A stretch of 64,000 bases of DNA, taken from contig OZ336905.1 of the NCBI GenBank assembly GCA_965287045.1, forward strand, positions 12,834,001-12,898,000, given 5' to 3'. The notes below the pieces were generated by a model. It saw only the letters and a program-made list of their open reading frames with translations, did no database searches and was not told the DNA's origin. The translations under genes were made by a program, and so were the position numbers. The DNA comes from Carcharhinus amblyrhynchos. Lineage: Eukaryota. Position 1 is the first letter of the stretch. Every line of letters starts with the position of its first letter. This document shows positions 38,487 to 50,866 of the stretch, in pieces.

Positions 38487-40861
38487 CTGTATCTGGGAAG
38501 AAAGCATTGGCTAATTGTTGCTGCTGTTGCATCACAACTTGCTGTGTCTGCTGCATGATGCCCAATTGCGATACAGCCAACTGCTGAGTTGACAGCAATT
38601 GCGGTGAGGTCATATGTTGACTCTGCTGTGAAGCCACTATCTGCTGTGAAGCCACTATCTGCTGTGGTGGATGTTGCCCTGTTGCCACATGCTGCTGCTG
38701 TTGGGACATGACTACATGCGGTGAGGCTCCAAGCCGTTGTTGCGATGCTGTCAACTGTTGCTGCTGTGAAGATGGAAGAGATCGTGGGATTCCCAAGTGA
38801 TGATGCTGTATCACTCCCAAGATATGTTGCTGTGGCAGGTTTAGACTCTGTGGTGGCCCTTCAAGGTGCTGAGATTGCTGTGTCGTTGGAAGGTGTTGGG
38901 AAAGTCCTGGATGACTCTGTTGATGTGAAACCTCAAGTTGTTGCTGCTGTTGCAGAACTGGAAGGGCCTTTGGTCCTGAATGCTGTTGCTGTGCAGGTAC
39001 ACACTGTGATCCTCCCAATTGCTGTTCCATTTTCTCTTGCTCAAGTAAATCGTGCAGAAGTAGTGGAAGCTCACTTGCTTCCAAAGAACTTTCTACTTTG
39101 ACAAGGTCATCCACAGATCGACGTTTAGGCTCCATACTGGGCACATGATGGCACATCTCATCTAGTCCTAGTTTACCCAACGGCGGCCTAGACTGGACAG
39201 CCAGAGGCATCTTGGACACTATCTGAGCTGAAGATGTGCAGGGCATACTTTCTAAATCTAAGTTAGAATGCCCATTGCTGGGAACGCGTACAGTTCGATG
39301 GCCACTTGAAGCAATTGTACTACTTTGAGTAGTAGTTTGTGTTCCACTGGTAGTACATGTAGATGTCTGACACAGTGCTACACTTGTGTTAACACTAAGC
39401 CCAGTTCCAATACCGAGGAGCATCGACACTGCTCCCCTTTCATCATCCCCCTTTGGTGGACTTTCTGATTTTATCAAAACTGTCTGTGCGTTGGACGTAT
39501 TTGCTACAAACTGGCAAGCTGAATTTTGGGAAATGTTCTCTTCAACCTTTAGTACTAAATCAAGAGTAGGTTTAGGAGAATTGTCAGTAGATGGGGCTCT
39601 GCTGACGGGATCACTGCACTGACTGCCAGTATTAGTCTCTGAATTGACGTTATTCACTGTCTCACACATAACCCTATCAGAAGTAGACAGAGCATCAGCA
39701 ATGACATCTGATTTAGCCATTGCTTTTTCATGCTCCTCTCCCTTTTCTGTCTTTTCCAAATCAGATTTGTTGACTTTATCATTTGTACACTTAATCGCTG
39801 GGTCGACAGCACCTTGATCAGTCAATATACACTGACCCTCTTCTGCTTTCTCATTTGCAGATTCCACTAAACGCAGCTGCTCTGTAAAGATGTCTTTTTT
39901 ATCTCCGGTGTCTAGCTCAGGGTCAGTATAAGCCAACAGATCAAATTCTTCACACTTCAGAAGATCATCCAGATGGGGGTCATTGGTTTCCAGGTTATCA
40001 AGGTTACCAAGCTCATCATCTGTCTTACTGTCTGGGTCAAGACTCAGATTGGCAAGGTCATCTTCTTCATCTAGCTCTTTAGGTGAATCAAGTTCCTCAT
40101 CTAAGGCTTTTTCTACCGAGTCATGACAAGGAATCTTGCGAGGATCCAACTCTGCATGCTCTGTGACTACATTGGAGATTGATGGGACAGAGTTAAGTGG
40201 AAAGGATACCGAGCTGTCCTTCAAACTATCTGAACAGCAACTAGAAGTGGATGATGTTGTCGAAGTTGTCTGAAATGTCTGTTGTGATTCAGCTTGTACG
40301 GTGGAATCTAACGGCTCTTTTGTTTGAACATGCTGATGAGCGCTTGATACTTCCACTGAATGAGGTGAAGATGGCAACGGAGTGGAAATATTCTGCTGGG
40401 GCAAGAGCGTAATCCCAACTGGTGACTGCGGCAAAGACGTACCTGGACCTCTTGACATCACCTTGCACCCCTGCATTTGATGGGCAAACGGGCTGATTTC
40501 TTGATTTGGTATTGGAAGGCGCGGTCTTGATTGGGGATTTCGCTGTGCCAACTGGGCAGCAATGGGCAAGCGCTGGGAATTATGTCTCAATTCTATATAC
40601 TGAGGACTCACAGGAATTGGTGAAGCCACAATTTGTTGCTGTGCATTCTGAAAAGTGATCTGAGTGGCAATTCTAGGATTAAGTCCAGCTGTGCTGTTCA
40701 CTTGCATGGTCATTGCAGGCCTGTTTACATGCAAAACTTCAGGTTGCTGAAAACGAGTCTGTCCAGGAAGTCTCTGCACCAACTGCTGCTGCCATTGTTG
40801 CTGTTGAGCAGTTGGTAAGCTTCTTGGGTGAAATCCTTGTGGGCTACCAACTCCTGATTGT
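38487..40861 (-). CDS. KMT2D: KMT2D large exon (approx. human exon 34), 2375 nt, phase 2-1
   Basis: ttttaccatctag| ... G|gtatag. Lies in the 831-aa ORF frame; contains YIELRHN, DDELGNLDNLETNDPHLDDLLKCEEFDLLAYTDPELDTGDKKDIF, SELPLLLHDLLEQEK and LANAFFPDT. Confidence 0.96.
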
Positions 40862-41249
40862 CTAGATGGTAAAAAAAAAATGGAATTGTGAATAGAAGTA
40901 GTGTAATATTTCCAACGGGGTAATTTTAAGACAAAACAAATTCTAAACATCCCATAAACTTGGCTATATTTAAAAAAATTGGTGTCAAATTATTTCAAGC
41001 ATTGAAAGTGGGAAGACACATTCTACACCAAGACCATTACAAAATGCAAGTGATCATACTGATGAAGACAGTTCATTACCATAATGGGCTTTAACTTCTA
41101 ATGACTTGAGCTTCCCCATGATCTAATATCATAGGTGTGATTCCCTGAGATCTATTAACATTTCAAAAATCTTCAATTTGATCACCAATGAAGTAGAATT
41201 TCAACAGAAAAGACCATAGTCAGAACAGGACAGGAGAATGTTTTATCCT

Positions 41250-41375
41250 GTTCTGATGAAAGGTTGCATTTTACACATTAACTGTTTCTCTCCACAGATG
41301 CTGCTCAACTTGAGTATTTCCAGCTCATTTTGTTTTTAATTTCAGATTTCCAGAATCTGCAGTATTTTGCTTTCA
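41250..41375 (+). mobile_element. Solo Penelope-type pLTR remnant with decayed hammerhead core
   Basis: ctgatgaaagg...ttaactgtttctctccacagatgctgct...ttcagatttccagaatctgcagtattttgcttt. A related remnant lies at about 28835-28990; the GAAA half of the core is lost. Confidence 0.55.
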
Positions 41376-41399
41376 TAAAAATATTTTGTCCTGTTAATA

Positions 41400-41708
41400 G
41401 GGATGGCACGGTGGTTAGCACTGCTGCCTCACAGCACCAGGGACCCAGGTTTAATTCCAGCCTCGGTCACTGTCTGGAGTTTGCATGTTCTCCCCGTGTC
41501 TGCGTGGGTTTCCTCCAGGTGCTCCAGTTTCCTCCCACACTTCAAAGATGTGCAGGTTAGGTTGACTGACCATACTAAATTGCCCCTTAGTGTCAGGGAG
41601 GTAAATAGGGTAAATGTGGTTACAGGGATAGGGCCTGGGTGGGATTTGTCAGTGCAGGCTTGATGGGCTGAATGGCCTCCTTCTGTAGGGCTTCTATGAT
41701 TCTATGAA
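41400..41708 (+). mobile_element. HE1-type (V-SINE) SINE
   Basis: Same head, V-domain and (ttctatga)n tail as 2234-2545. Confidence 0.9.
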
Positions 41709-42813
41709 TTTCACACATATAGCCAATTACATGCTAATGCTCAGCAATCATATCAGCAGTGTCAAAACTTATTCCACAACCCCTTTCATATCAAAAACAA
41801 GATGTCACTGCTTGGTGGCTGCACAGCACATGCCACGAATTATTTGGGTGAAATCAGCCACAATAATGTTTTGAATTGGAAGCTGCTCGAGGTCTTAACC
41901 CTAACATATGCTGCAACTAAATAATTATAATGGGTGCCACAAAGAGTTCTGACTTGGGAAATCTAACCACCAAAACACCTTTTGTTATATGCTCTGGCAG
42001 ATCTTCTGTGGAGTAACTCAGAGTCAGATATAATGCTGCTGATACAAAGAACTCATCAAGTATTTTAGCCTTGCTCTGCACCTCTCAGCAAATTTCATCC
42101 TCTCTGTACCTAATAGGACCCACTCCACCTCTGACTACCCATTTGCCATTTAGATGCTAGTTGAAAATTTTTGGGCACCCTTTTATGCTGGCTGTGTCCT
42201 ATTTGCCAGTCCTACTTTCCTCTTCACCTCCCTTCTCAATGTACTGTATGTTTCACTTGAAGAATTCACCTGACACACATCTCACACCCTCTTCTTTTGT
42301 TTTATCATAGTGTCTATCGCCTGCCTCTTGCAACAAGCCCCGTTTTTGGCTCCCTTACCTTTTGCCCTCATTAGAACGTACCTAGCCTGTGTCTAAAGTA
42401 CCCCTTCCTCAAAAATCACCCGTTGCTGTGTTACAGATTTGTGTATCAGTCTCTGGTTCCATTTTACCCTGGATAGATCACGTGTTATATTGAAATTAGT
42501 CCATTTCCAATTTAGAAGTTGTACATTATTGTTCTTCACGCTTCTCCTTTACTGATCTAAAACTTACGATACAATGATCACTCTTGCCCAAATGCTCCCC
42601 CATGGACAGTTGGTCCACTTGTCTCACCTCATCTCACCTCATTTCCCAGCACTAGATCCAACAATGCTTCTTTTTTAATTGGGCTAAGCACATACTGACC
42701 AAGAAAGTTTTCAACACTCAGCCAGCTACACATGCTTTAACTGACTACATTACTGAATCAACCGCTAGGCAAGGCCATTTTGATGCAATAGATGTTGCTT
42801 AAATTGTACTTAC

Positions 42814-42971
42814 CTAGGAGCATTTACTTCACCAGTGGGGGTATTGCCTGGTTGTGGAGGCCGACATAGACTCTCATCCTGAGGAAACAATCGCTGTTTA
42901 TCTATTACCACTGGATTTATTAATCTTCCATTTCCAGAGCCTGGGATTAGCCCTCTCAGGCCAGAACGGTC
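42814..42971 (-). CDS. KMT2D: KMT2D coding exon (approx. human exon 33), 158 nt, phase 0-2
   Basis: ttgtttattgcag| ... AG|gtaagt. Reads DRSGLRGLIPG...FPQDESLCRPPQPGNTPTGEVNAPR; phases fit both neighbours. Confidence 0.9.
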
Positions 42972-43769
42972 CTGCAATAAACAAAATAAAGATCTACAAA
43001 AAAAAATCTTAACTTGTGTCAAAATGGTGCAAATTAATGCAGTTTGAATTGCAAAACCATTGCATTATAAAATACCCTATTTACAAATATCTAGAAAGGT
43101 TAGATTAGGGTACAGCTAACATTTGCCTTCAATTAGCACTCCCAAAAACAGGTTAACTGGCAATTGGCTATTTGTGGGATCATGAGGTGCACATAATGGT
43201 TGCCACAATGGTCCAAAAGCACTTCACATGAAGTCAGCTAACGTCCTGTGACTTTTTTCTTTAACATGGAAATGAGAGTTGTGACAAGATGGCATATAAA
43301 TCCAAGTTTGTCTCGTCTCACCAAACTGCATGGAAGGTTGAAATGCCTAATAACTGCAACATGACAACACTGAGCTTCAAACTCAAAGTACACAGCATTT
43401 GAAACCTGGTTACATTCATCTCAGAGAGCAAATCTACCAACCACAGCCAGGTGATTAGTGTTTGGGGCACAACGTGGCTGCAGAAAGATCTGAAAAAGAG
43501 CATTCGCACAAGTGCAAGATTCTACCCTTTTAAGAGGGTGCAGAGTAGATATTGGAGAGGAATGAAAGACAAGTGGTGATAAGGGAAATATAACTCTTTT
43601 GAAACTCTTACACATGGAAAGTGGTTATGTTAACTATACAAATAGTTAAGAATCAGTTAACTCAGGTAGTAAAACCAAAGCGCAATCCATACATTAGCTG
43701 ATGAAAAGCTCTACAGGAGAAAATTTGGAAAATTGTTTATAATGCCAGACATCCAACATCAATAGGTAC

Positions 43770-43949
43770 CTGGGAGATGGGGTATGGAGGTGGTGCCCTT
43801 GTCTGTAGATCATGGGACTGGCTTGAACTTTCTTGTGACCAACTACTTGTTGTAGTGCCACCCCCGCATGCAGCTGCCTGTTCCTTCTCTTGTCGCAAGT
43901 TATTCCGCTGTATTTGCTGACGTATCAAAAGTTGACGCAACCTCTGCCG
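43770..43949 (-). CDS. KMT2D: KMT2D coding exon (approx. human exon 32), 180 nt; LXXLL and PPxY motifs
   Basis: gtcttttcag| ... |gtacct. Reads RQRLRQLLIRQQIQRNNLRQEKEQAAA...TRAPPPYPISQ. Confidence 0.94.
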
Positions 43950-44265
43950 CTGAAAAGACAATACATGAAGAAACTGCATTTCAACACAAGTTCTTCTGTT
44001 ATATGCTTGCAGCTAAGTTCCACTGTATGGAGATCTAAGCTGTAGCAATAGTTTACAATTCAGAGATTAAGGAAGTCAAATTCTAAGCCTGCCCCACAAT
44101 ACTACTTTCCAAAGCAACTGTTAAGTTTGGTCAATGCTCAAAATTAGATTGCTTAGATCATCTCAACCCACACCAGACTGCACAAAACTATGTTTCGAAT
44201 TCTACAAACAAGAATCCAACGTCAATTACTTAACTGTGTGAAGCTACTCAACAGAGAAAAAACAC

Positions 44266-44660
44266 TTCCATTCACATAGCACCTGGTGACCTCTGGATCC
44301 CAAGACAATTTAGGACCTATTAATTACTTAACCTTTTGAAGTTCAGTCACTGCTGAAACACATGAAACATGGCAACTATTTGCACAAAGGTCCCACTGTC
44401 AGAAACGCGATCATGAAAGCTAATCTGTTTTAGTGATGTTGATCGAAGGGTAACTACTGACCAGAACATCAGGAAGAACTTGCCCGTTCTTTTTCAAAAT
44501 TGAGTTTTTTTTATGTCAACAGAGAATGGAAACAGGACCATGGTTTAACGCCTCAGCCAACACGCAGCACCTCAGGCAGTGCAACAATTCCGAGATGCAA
44601 CTTGTACCGACAACCTCTGACCTAGAGGAAGAATGCTGCCCACTTAGCCACAGTTAGCAC
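44266..44660 (-). mobile_element. Deu-domain SINE, decayed, with tRNA-like head
   Basis: taatctgttttagtgatgttgatcgaaggg...ccagaacatcaggaagaact...ggtttaacgcctcagcc...cagcacctc matches the reverse Deu-SINE core. Confidence 0.65.
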
Positions 44661-45403
44661 TGCAGACTGGTCATTTTCAATTTTTCTAATCAAATGCAGA
44701 AGTTTGGTGAGAAGGGGAAGTTCAGTGAGAAGGGGAGGGAGGCATTCCCTTGCCTTTTCTAACTTTTTCACCCTGTAGTAATTGGATTTTGCTCCATTAC
44801 AGGGGAGGAAGTGAGCTGTTGCTAAGTATCTGGTGAATATCCAGTAAGCGGCAAAGGTTTATTTTCCAAAGGTTTAAAATAGTACTGGAGTTTGTGATAA
44901 GATTAATAAATATCTAAAAGAAAAAAATGAATGAAATAGTTAATTAATTAAAGCTCATAATGGCAAGACAGGTGATGTGCCAACGCTGCAACACATGGGA
45001 GCTCTCAGATACCAATTTATCCAGGGCAAGCACGTCTGCAGTTAAGTGCCTGTGGCTTCAGAAACTTCAGTTCAGAGTCACTGAGCTAGAGGCTGATCTA
45101 CGGACAATGCGACACATCAGGGACAGCGAGAGTTACCTGGACACTGTTTCAGGAGGCGGTCACACCTTTAGATAGGATCTTTTGGTTTGGAAAGTTATCA
45201 GGAGCAAGAGGGTGTGACTGCAGCTCAGGGAGGCAAAGGGAACCAGTGTCAACCTCTGCAATTGTCCAACAAGTTTGAGGTTCTTTCAGCTTGTGTGGGT
45301 GAGAGTGGGGGCTGCAGGGTGGATGAGCTGAATGACCATGGTACAGGATGCCATTCAAGTGAGGGGAGCACATAAGAATGTAGTGGTAGTAGGGGACAGT
45401 ATA

Positions 45404-46137
45404 TGTGATGACACAGTGCCTTTAAGAAATGTATTTGTAAAACATTTGAAGGGTTCATTTAAAATTTAGCTGTTTTACACAGTGCCAATTTGTCTGCAAA
45501 CTAGGCAGCTCAAGTTGAGAATGCAGGCTAATGACTTATTTTAGCTAGGGATATGTTTGTATTAATTTGAGTTCATGCATTTTTGTTTATTTGGGTTTTC
45601 CTCTGGGGTTTCAGAGTAAGGTTTTGATTAGGTTGATTAACAAAGACAATCGCGTGCTTAATGATAGGAGCTAAGCTAACAGGGAAAGGCAGGCAGTTAC
45701 TGCCAGGTTCTGAAAGAAGCAACAGGTGTTTCTGTTTGTCTCTCTCTGGAGGCTGCTATGTGGGATCTGCTAGGAGAAATAGGTCTGTGTGTTTCTCTCT
45801 AGAGGCTCAAGAACTGGCAGTTCAAGTACAAGAACGTAAGCCATGTGTTGTGAACTGATTTTGAAGAGAAATTTAAGTCTATAAGAGGAACATTGCTTGA
45901 ATTGGAACTAATAGAGATAGGTTGGCAAAGTATTTCAAGTGGTAAAAGTTAATCCATTTGTTATAGTTAAACTTGAATTGTTAAGTAAAGTTTGTTTTGA
46001 TAAAAGCTTCCGAGTGTGTCAATAGAATCACACCTGGAGTAAAACCCTTATCCTCACGCAAATGCCAAAATAGAAAAACTGCTGGGGTCTAGCCGGGCTT
46101 CATAACAGACTTTGGGATTTTGATCCATACCTTAACA
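45404..46137. mobile_element. Solo LTR (734 bp, TG...CA) inserted into CR1 ORF1
   Basis: Begins TGTGATG and ends TAACA. Removing it restores the CR1 frame ggggacagtata|gtgaggggga (GDSIVRG), with at least an ATA duplication. Compare the uninterrupted copy at 20740-21400. Confidence 0.7.
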
Positions 46138-46533
46138 ATAGTGAGGGGGATTGACACTGCTCTCTGTAGCAAGGAGCAACAGTCCAGATGGCTGTGTTGC
46201 CTTCCCAGAGTGCCAGGGTTCAGGACATCTGCTCAGGGCTGGACAGAAACTTTCAGTGCGAGGGGGAGGATCCAGTGGTTGTGGTTCATGTAGGTTCCAA
46301 CGACATAGGCAGGATGAAGAAGATGGGTCTGCATAGTGAGTGAGTGGAGCTAGCACCAAATTAAGTAGCAGAATGTTGAAGGTAATTCTGGATTATTACC
46401 TGAGCCACGTGCAAAATTGCATAAAAACAAATTAGATTACAGAAACAAGTATGTGGCCCATAGACTGATGTGGGAGAAATGGGCTCTAATTTGTGGGACA
46501 CTACAACAGTACTGGGGAAAGTGGGATCTGTAC

Positions 46534-46713
46534 TTTCCAACAAAGGTCATCACCTTGGAAAAACTCAACAAAAAACTGTTGAGACACTTCAAAGTAATTC
46601 AGTATATGAAGTGCTTCAACACACAGGTATTAATCAGGGACAATCTGAAGCTGCAAGTATTGCCTTTAATAACATGAAAATCAAAGACATTTCACTTAAT
46701 TTCAGTTTCCCTC
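46534..46713 (+). repeat. Local direct duplication of intronic sequence 49139-49332
   Basis: Shared blocks tttccaacaaaggtcatca / caaaaactgttgaga.acttcaaagtaattcagtat / acaggtattaat.aggga.aatctgaagct / gtattgcctttaataaca / aagacatttcacttaatttc.gtttccctc. Confidence 0.9.
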
Positions 46714-46851
46714 CAACTAAAACAGCATTGGAAGCAGAGTCTTTAAATATTTCTAAGGCAGAGCCAGGTAGATTCTTGATTAACAAAGCGATGAAATTTG
46801 ATTGGCAAGTATATGTAATCACAAGCTTAATTCAATATTACAGATGCTAAC

Positions 46852-48795
46852 CTGTCGCTGTTTCTCCAGCTCTGTCTGACTGAGATTTCCAGCTTGTGCT
46901 CCCCTGTTAAATGGAAGTTCGTGCAAGTCTCTGCTGGGAGATGCCGGAGGATGGACCTGTGCAGCACTCTCACTGCTCCTTTCTGACGGTGATGAATCAC
47001 TCACTGAGCGGCTGCTAGCGGAAGTCTGATATGAGCAATCTTGCTGTAAAGGTAGTGCATCCTGCTTGATCAAGGATGGCCGTAAAGGCATGTTGGTGAA
47101 AGTTTCATCTCTTGCAATAGATGCCGTATCTGGAGGTCCTGACTGATTACTGGCATTCAGTTGAGAACAATGAGCATCACTTGCATTGAGTTGACTGCTC
47201 ATCAAGTGACTTTGTGGAAAATTATTTGCTCGCGGCATCTGGGACACTGACTGCTGAGAATGGGTTTCTTTAACAATATCACCTGGTGATGAAGTAAATG
47301 GAAATGGACTTTGTGGCTGACCACCGGCAAATGTCTTGGCGCATGGGTCAAAAGAGTGAGGCCTTGGAGATTGAGGCTGTATTACATAAGCTGTTTTTGA
47401 ATGTGGATCACTGTGCTGAGAAAACATTGCTGAATGCTGAATGGTACCAGTTGGTTGCCCGTGAGGTACTGGTGAGGATTTGAAACTGCCGTCAACCATC
47501 TGGGGTCGCTGCGGTTTGTGAAGCTGAGCATAAGGATCTCTTGAAGGTGGCCGCGAATAAGGGTCTGGTGACTGGAATCTGGAAGCAATGGGAGACTGAG
47601 AAAAAGTCTCATTGGAATGTGGCCTGGGTGTCAATGGTGAACTGCACTGAGACTGTGGACTCATGGGTACCCTGGAGAGGGAGTCAGAAGGGAGGGATTT
47701 AGGAGGTAGTGGAGAGCAGCTGTCACTAGAAGATGGTCGTGGTGCCAAGGGAGGTTGATGATATGGATCAGAAAATTGTGTTGAAGGAGATTGCCGGTAC
47801 AAATCAGTCGGAGTCTGTGGTGAGACACCCTGAGATTGAGGATGCAGTTCCTGAGAACGCTGAGCAGGTACTATGGGTGTTTGGTCCACATATGATGATC
47901 TAGGAGTTAAAGGTGCTTTGAAGATATCTCTGTCCCTCCCATCAGAGAGTGACCGTACATTCATACTTGGATCCAACATTGCAGCTCTGTAAAGGGAGGC
48001 CAAGGAATTTGCACTCAAATCTTGCCTCATAACTCCTGTATACTGTTCATTTCTGGGGTGCTGTGCTCCAACTTCTGGATCAGAGAGTCGTCTTAATTGT
48101 TCCCCAGTTGATGATGGCAATGTTAAAGTTTCAGGTGGTTTTGTGTAACAGTCTGTTGACTGTGATGATCGAAACCCTGGACTTCCTAAAGACTGATCAA
48201 CTGTGTGGTTATCATGTGACTCACCAAGCACTCTAGATCGGAGGAAAGTGTCTGGAGTTAGAGAATGCTGATGGTGCGACATCCCTGGTGTGGCGGAATG
48301 CAGTTCTGAAGAGCTAAGAAGTTGCAGTCGGCCTGGAACAACAGGACGAGGTACACCTGACTGGTGATGGGAACTGTTCCATGCTGGTGCTTGAGTAGGA
48401 TTACTGGAAGACTGAATGTTGGGTTCCTGAGGGTACGATGTAAGTGTATGCCCAAAAGGATCCTGGGCTACAATTCCAGTTGGAGACTGCATGTGCAGTT
48501 TTGGGAACAAGTCACTACTGGAGTCTGTAGATGTTGGGCTTGCTGACTGCAGTTTGACAAATTCATTAGTCGAGGTAGTAAATGATTTGTTACCATGTAA
48601 TGAAGCATTCTGGCCTAAACCTTCAATCCTCAATTCTGCTGGGGGACAAGAATTCCCCCCAACTAATGTTGCCGGAGCGAGACTGGTCACTGTAGTATTC
48701 TGAGCCAGGGCTTGCAGGTGACGGGGCGGCTTACGATCCTGTTTTGCATCTTGTCTCTCAATTTTTGGCTGCCTGTTACCTTGCATATCAACTTG
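46852..48795 (-). CDS. KMT2D: KMT2D large S/P/Q-rich exon (approx. human exon 31), 1944 nt, phase 0-0
   Basis: tattttcacag|CAAGTT ... CGACAG|gttagc. Lies in the 655-aa ORF frame; contains conserved IFKAPLTPR, RFQSPDPYSRPPSR and LSQTELEKQRQ. Confidence 0.95.
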
Positions 48796-49403
48796 CTGTG
48801 AAAATAAATAAAAACATGCTTTGTATTTTTTATGAATGCTTTCTTGGGAAAGGAGAGAACAGAATATTCATTAGTACAAGTCAACTTGGTTTTTGAATAC
48901 AAACAAGGATACTGCGGTGAATACCGAAAGAGATCGAAGAACACGTTTAAACACAACCTCAAGTTTACAAAATCAGTTCGTAGTTGGGAAAATCTAGCAG
49001 TTAAATACATGTTATTGCCAGTAAATACAAGAACCAATGCATTGTTTTCCTTAAATAGCAAAACCAGAAACATACACAGCAGCAGTCTTTAGAACAACTG
49101 AAGAAAGTTTGGGCCTATAAAATATGGGACAGATTCATTTTCCAACAAAGGTCATCATCTTTGAGTACAAAAACTGTTGAGATACTTCAAAGTAATTCAG
49201 TATGTGTAGTGCCTCCAACAGGTTCAACATACAGGTATTAATAAGGGAGAATCTGAAGCTTCAAGTAAATAGGTATTGCCTTTAATAACACTTGAAAATC
49301 ACAAGACATTTCACTTAATTTCTGTTTCCCTCTAAATAGACCAGTCAATTAATTTAAGAGTGTTTCAGGTAAAGGCTCAAATTAGAGTTCCAAGCTAATC
49401 TAC

Positions 49404-49454
49404 CTTCTGTGCCTTGTTGATGCGCTGAGCTGCCCTGTTGTCTTTGGCCTTTTG
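49404..49454 (-). CDS. KMT2D: KMT2D coding exon (approx. human exon 30), 51 nt, end of HMG-like box
   Basis: cttgcttttcag| ... |gtagat. Reads QKAKDNRAAQRINKAQK. Confidence 0.95.
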
Positions 49455-50344
49455 CTGAAAAGCAAGAAAGATTCTGAATTAGATGCAAAATAATGTCTTG
49501 AAGATTAAAACAATATTTATCATCTTAAGTCTGTGGTGGCCTACAGTTGATCTCAGCCATGTAATCTTCTTTCTCGATCTGTGAAGTGAAATTCATGTCA
49601 AAGACTAAATAGATCTCCAACATGACACACAAAAATCAGACTGTATGCACCATTTCAAGCCTGTTTGAGCTCTCAACTATGTTGCACTTTTTAAACTACA
49701 TCTGCTGCAAGGCACCTGAATTTTACATAATGTTAATTAATTGCTTTAATAGAGCATTTTTTTGTGTCTGTGCAGGGCCTTCTGGGCAAAATCACATCAG
49801 TGCACTGGTAAGAATGGCATCTGCTTTAGAATAGAAGTAGCTACTACCATACATTCCACAGTGACTGAATGGAGCTCTCTTGAGCCCTCCACTGAATTCT
49901 GCAGTCTTAAATGATCAGTCATTGATTAGGATGCATAAAGCTGCAGTCTGCGTTCCCTGCACAGCCCTGCTTGTGCCGCTTTGTTGCACAAAGGCCTTGG
50001 CCAGTGTAGAAACGTTTCAGAAGTGCCCAATGTTGACATAACAAGTTGAAGCCAATTAGGCTATGGAATCTCTGATGAGTAAGTGGTTTTTAACTGGTGG
50101 ATGGCACATTGGTTGCATTCCTGCTGCCATTGGGCCGCTGCTGTTATTCCTTGGCATGATGGGAGGCAAGCAGCAGGTGGATTGCCAAGGCCCTTGTGTA
50201 GAGGCAGGCTTTGGTTGATGTAAACCTTCTCCAGGAGCTTTCTTGTTTTAATCTCCCTCCTTGTGTGAGGAATGGGCTGTTGCTCAGGAGTGGGAGACCT
50301 GGTGAGATTTCAAGACAATATGCCAAAGGGAGAGAAGCACTTAC

Positions 50345-50418
50345 CAGAAATGGTGCTTTATCAGTTGCTGGGACTTTCCTCCAAATCTTAGTGATCTGTT
50401 TACAACGACTTGCCCAGT
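50345..50418 (-). CDS. KMT2D: KMT2D coding exon (approx. human exon 29), 74 nt, HMG-like box
   Basis: ttttctccag| ... |gtaagt. Reads DWASRCKQITKIWRKVPATDKAPFL. Confidence 0.96.
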
Positions 50419-50615
50419 CTGGAGAAAAAATATTTTAAAAATCAAGGAAACCTCTACACAGCCACAAGATTGCCAGCAATTAAAATTACAATTAGCGAAT
50501 ACAAGAATAAAAAAATTCCATAATTCTTAAGATGCCTAAAACCACAATACATTGAGTCCATGCTTTTCACTCATGAACTCATCCTATAAACTGGAACCTA
50601 TGCCAGATGTCATAC

Positions 50616-50866
50616 CTGGGTAATCATGTTTTAGGTTCGGGAAGTTGATATTTGCGTAGAGAACAGGTGATATGGTTGATAATTCTCCCAAAGCCTCATC
50701 TTTTTCCCATCTCAATATACTTCGCTGGTTGTAGGAGAGCCCATCTCCTTCTCCCTCTGTCGGAGTGGTAGGGGTAGTTGGAGTGGTAGGGGTAGCTGGG
50801 GTGGCTGGGGTTGTCCATGGACTCTGTTGCTCTCCACTGTCTGGACTGAAAGGTATACTCCTTTCC
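50616..50866 (-). CDS. KMT2D: KMT2D coding exon (approx. human exon 28), 251 nt; TP-repeat and start of HMG-like box
   Basis: tttgtttttcag| ... |gtatga. Reads ...TPTTPTEGEGDGLSYNQRSILRWEKDEALGELSTISPVLYANINFPNLKHDYP. This is diagnostic of KMT2D rather than KMT2C, which reads DTMSNAQRSTLKWEKEEALGEMATVAPVLY. Confidence 0.96.

Larger units (their letters stand above)
44700..46815 (+). mobile_element. CR1 LINE 5' UTR + ORF1 (zinc finger/leucine zipper + esterase) joined to a short 3' remnant; interrupted by an LTR and a duplicated intron piece
   Basis: MARQVMCQRCNTWEL...KCLWLQKLQFRVTELEADLRTMRHIR, LQLSNKFEVL, esterase-like gtagtggtagtaggggacagt (VVVVGDS); 3' remnant gaagcagagtctttaaatatttctaaggcagag...gattcttgattaac. 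Confidence 0.8.
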
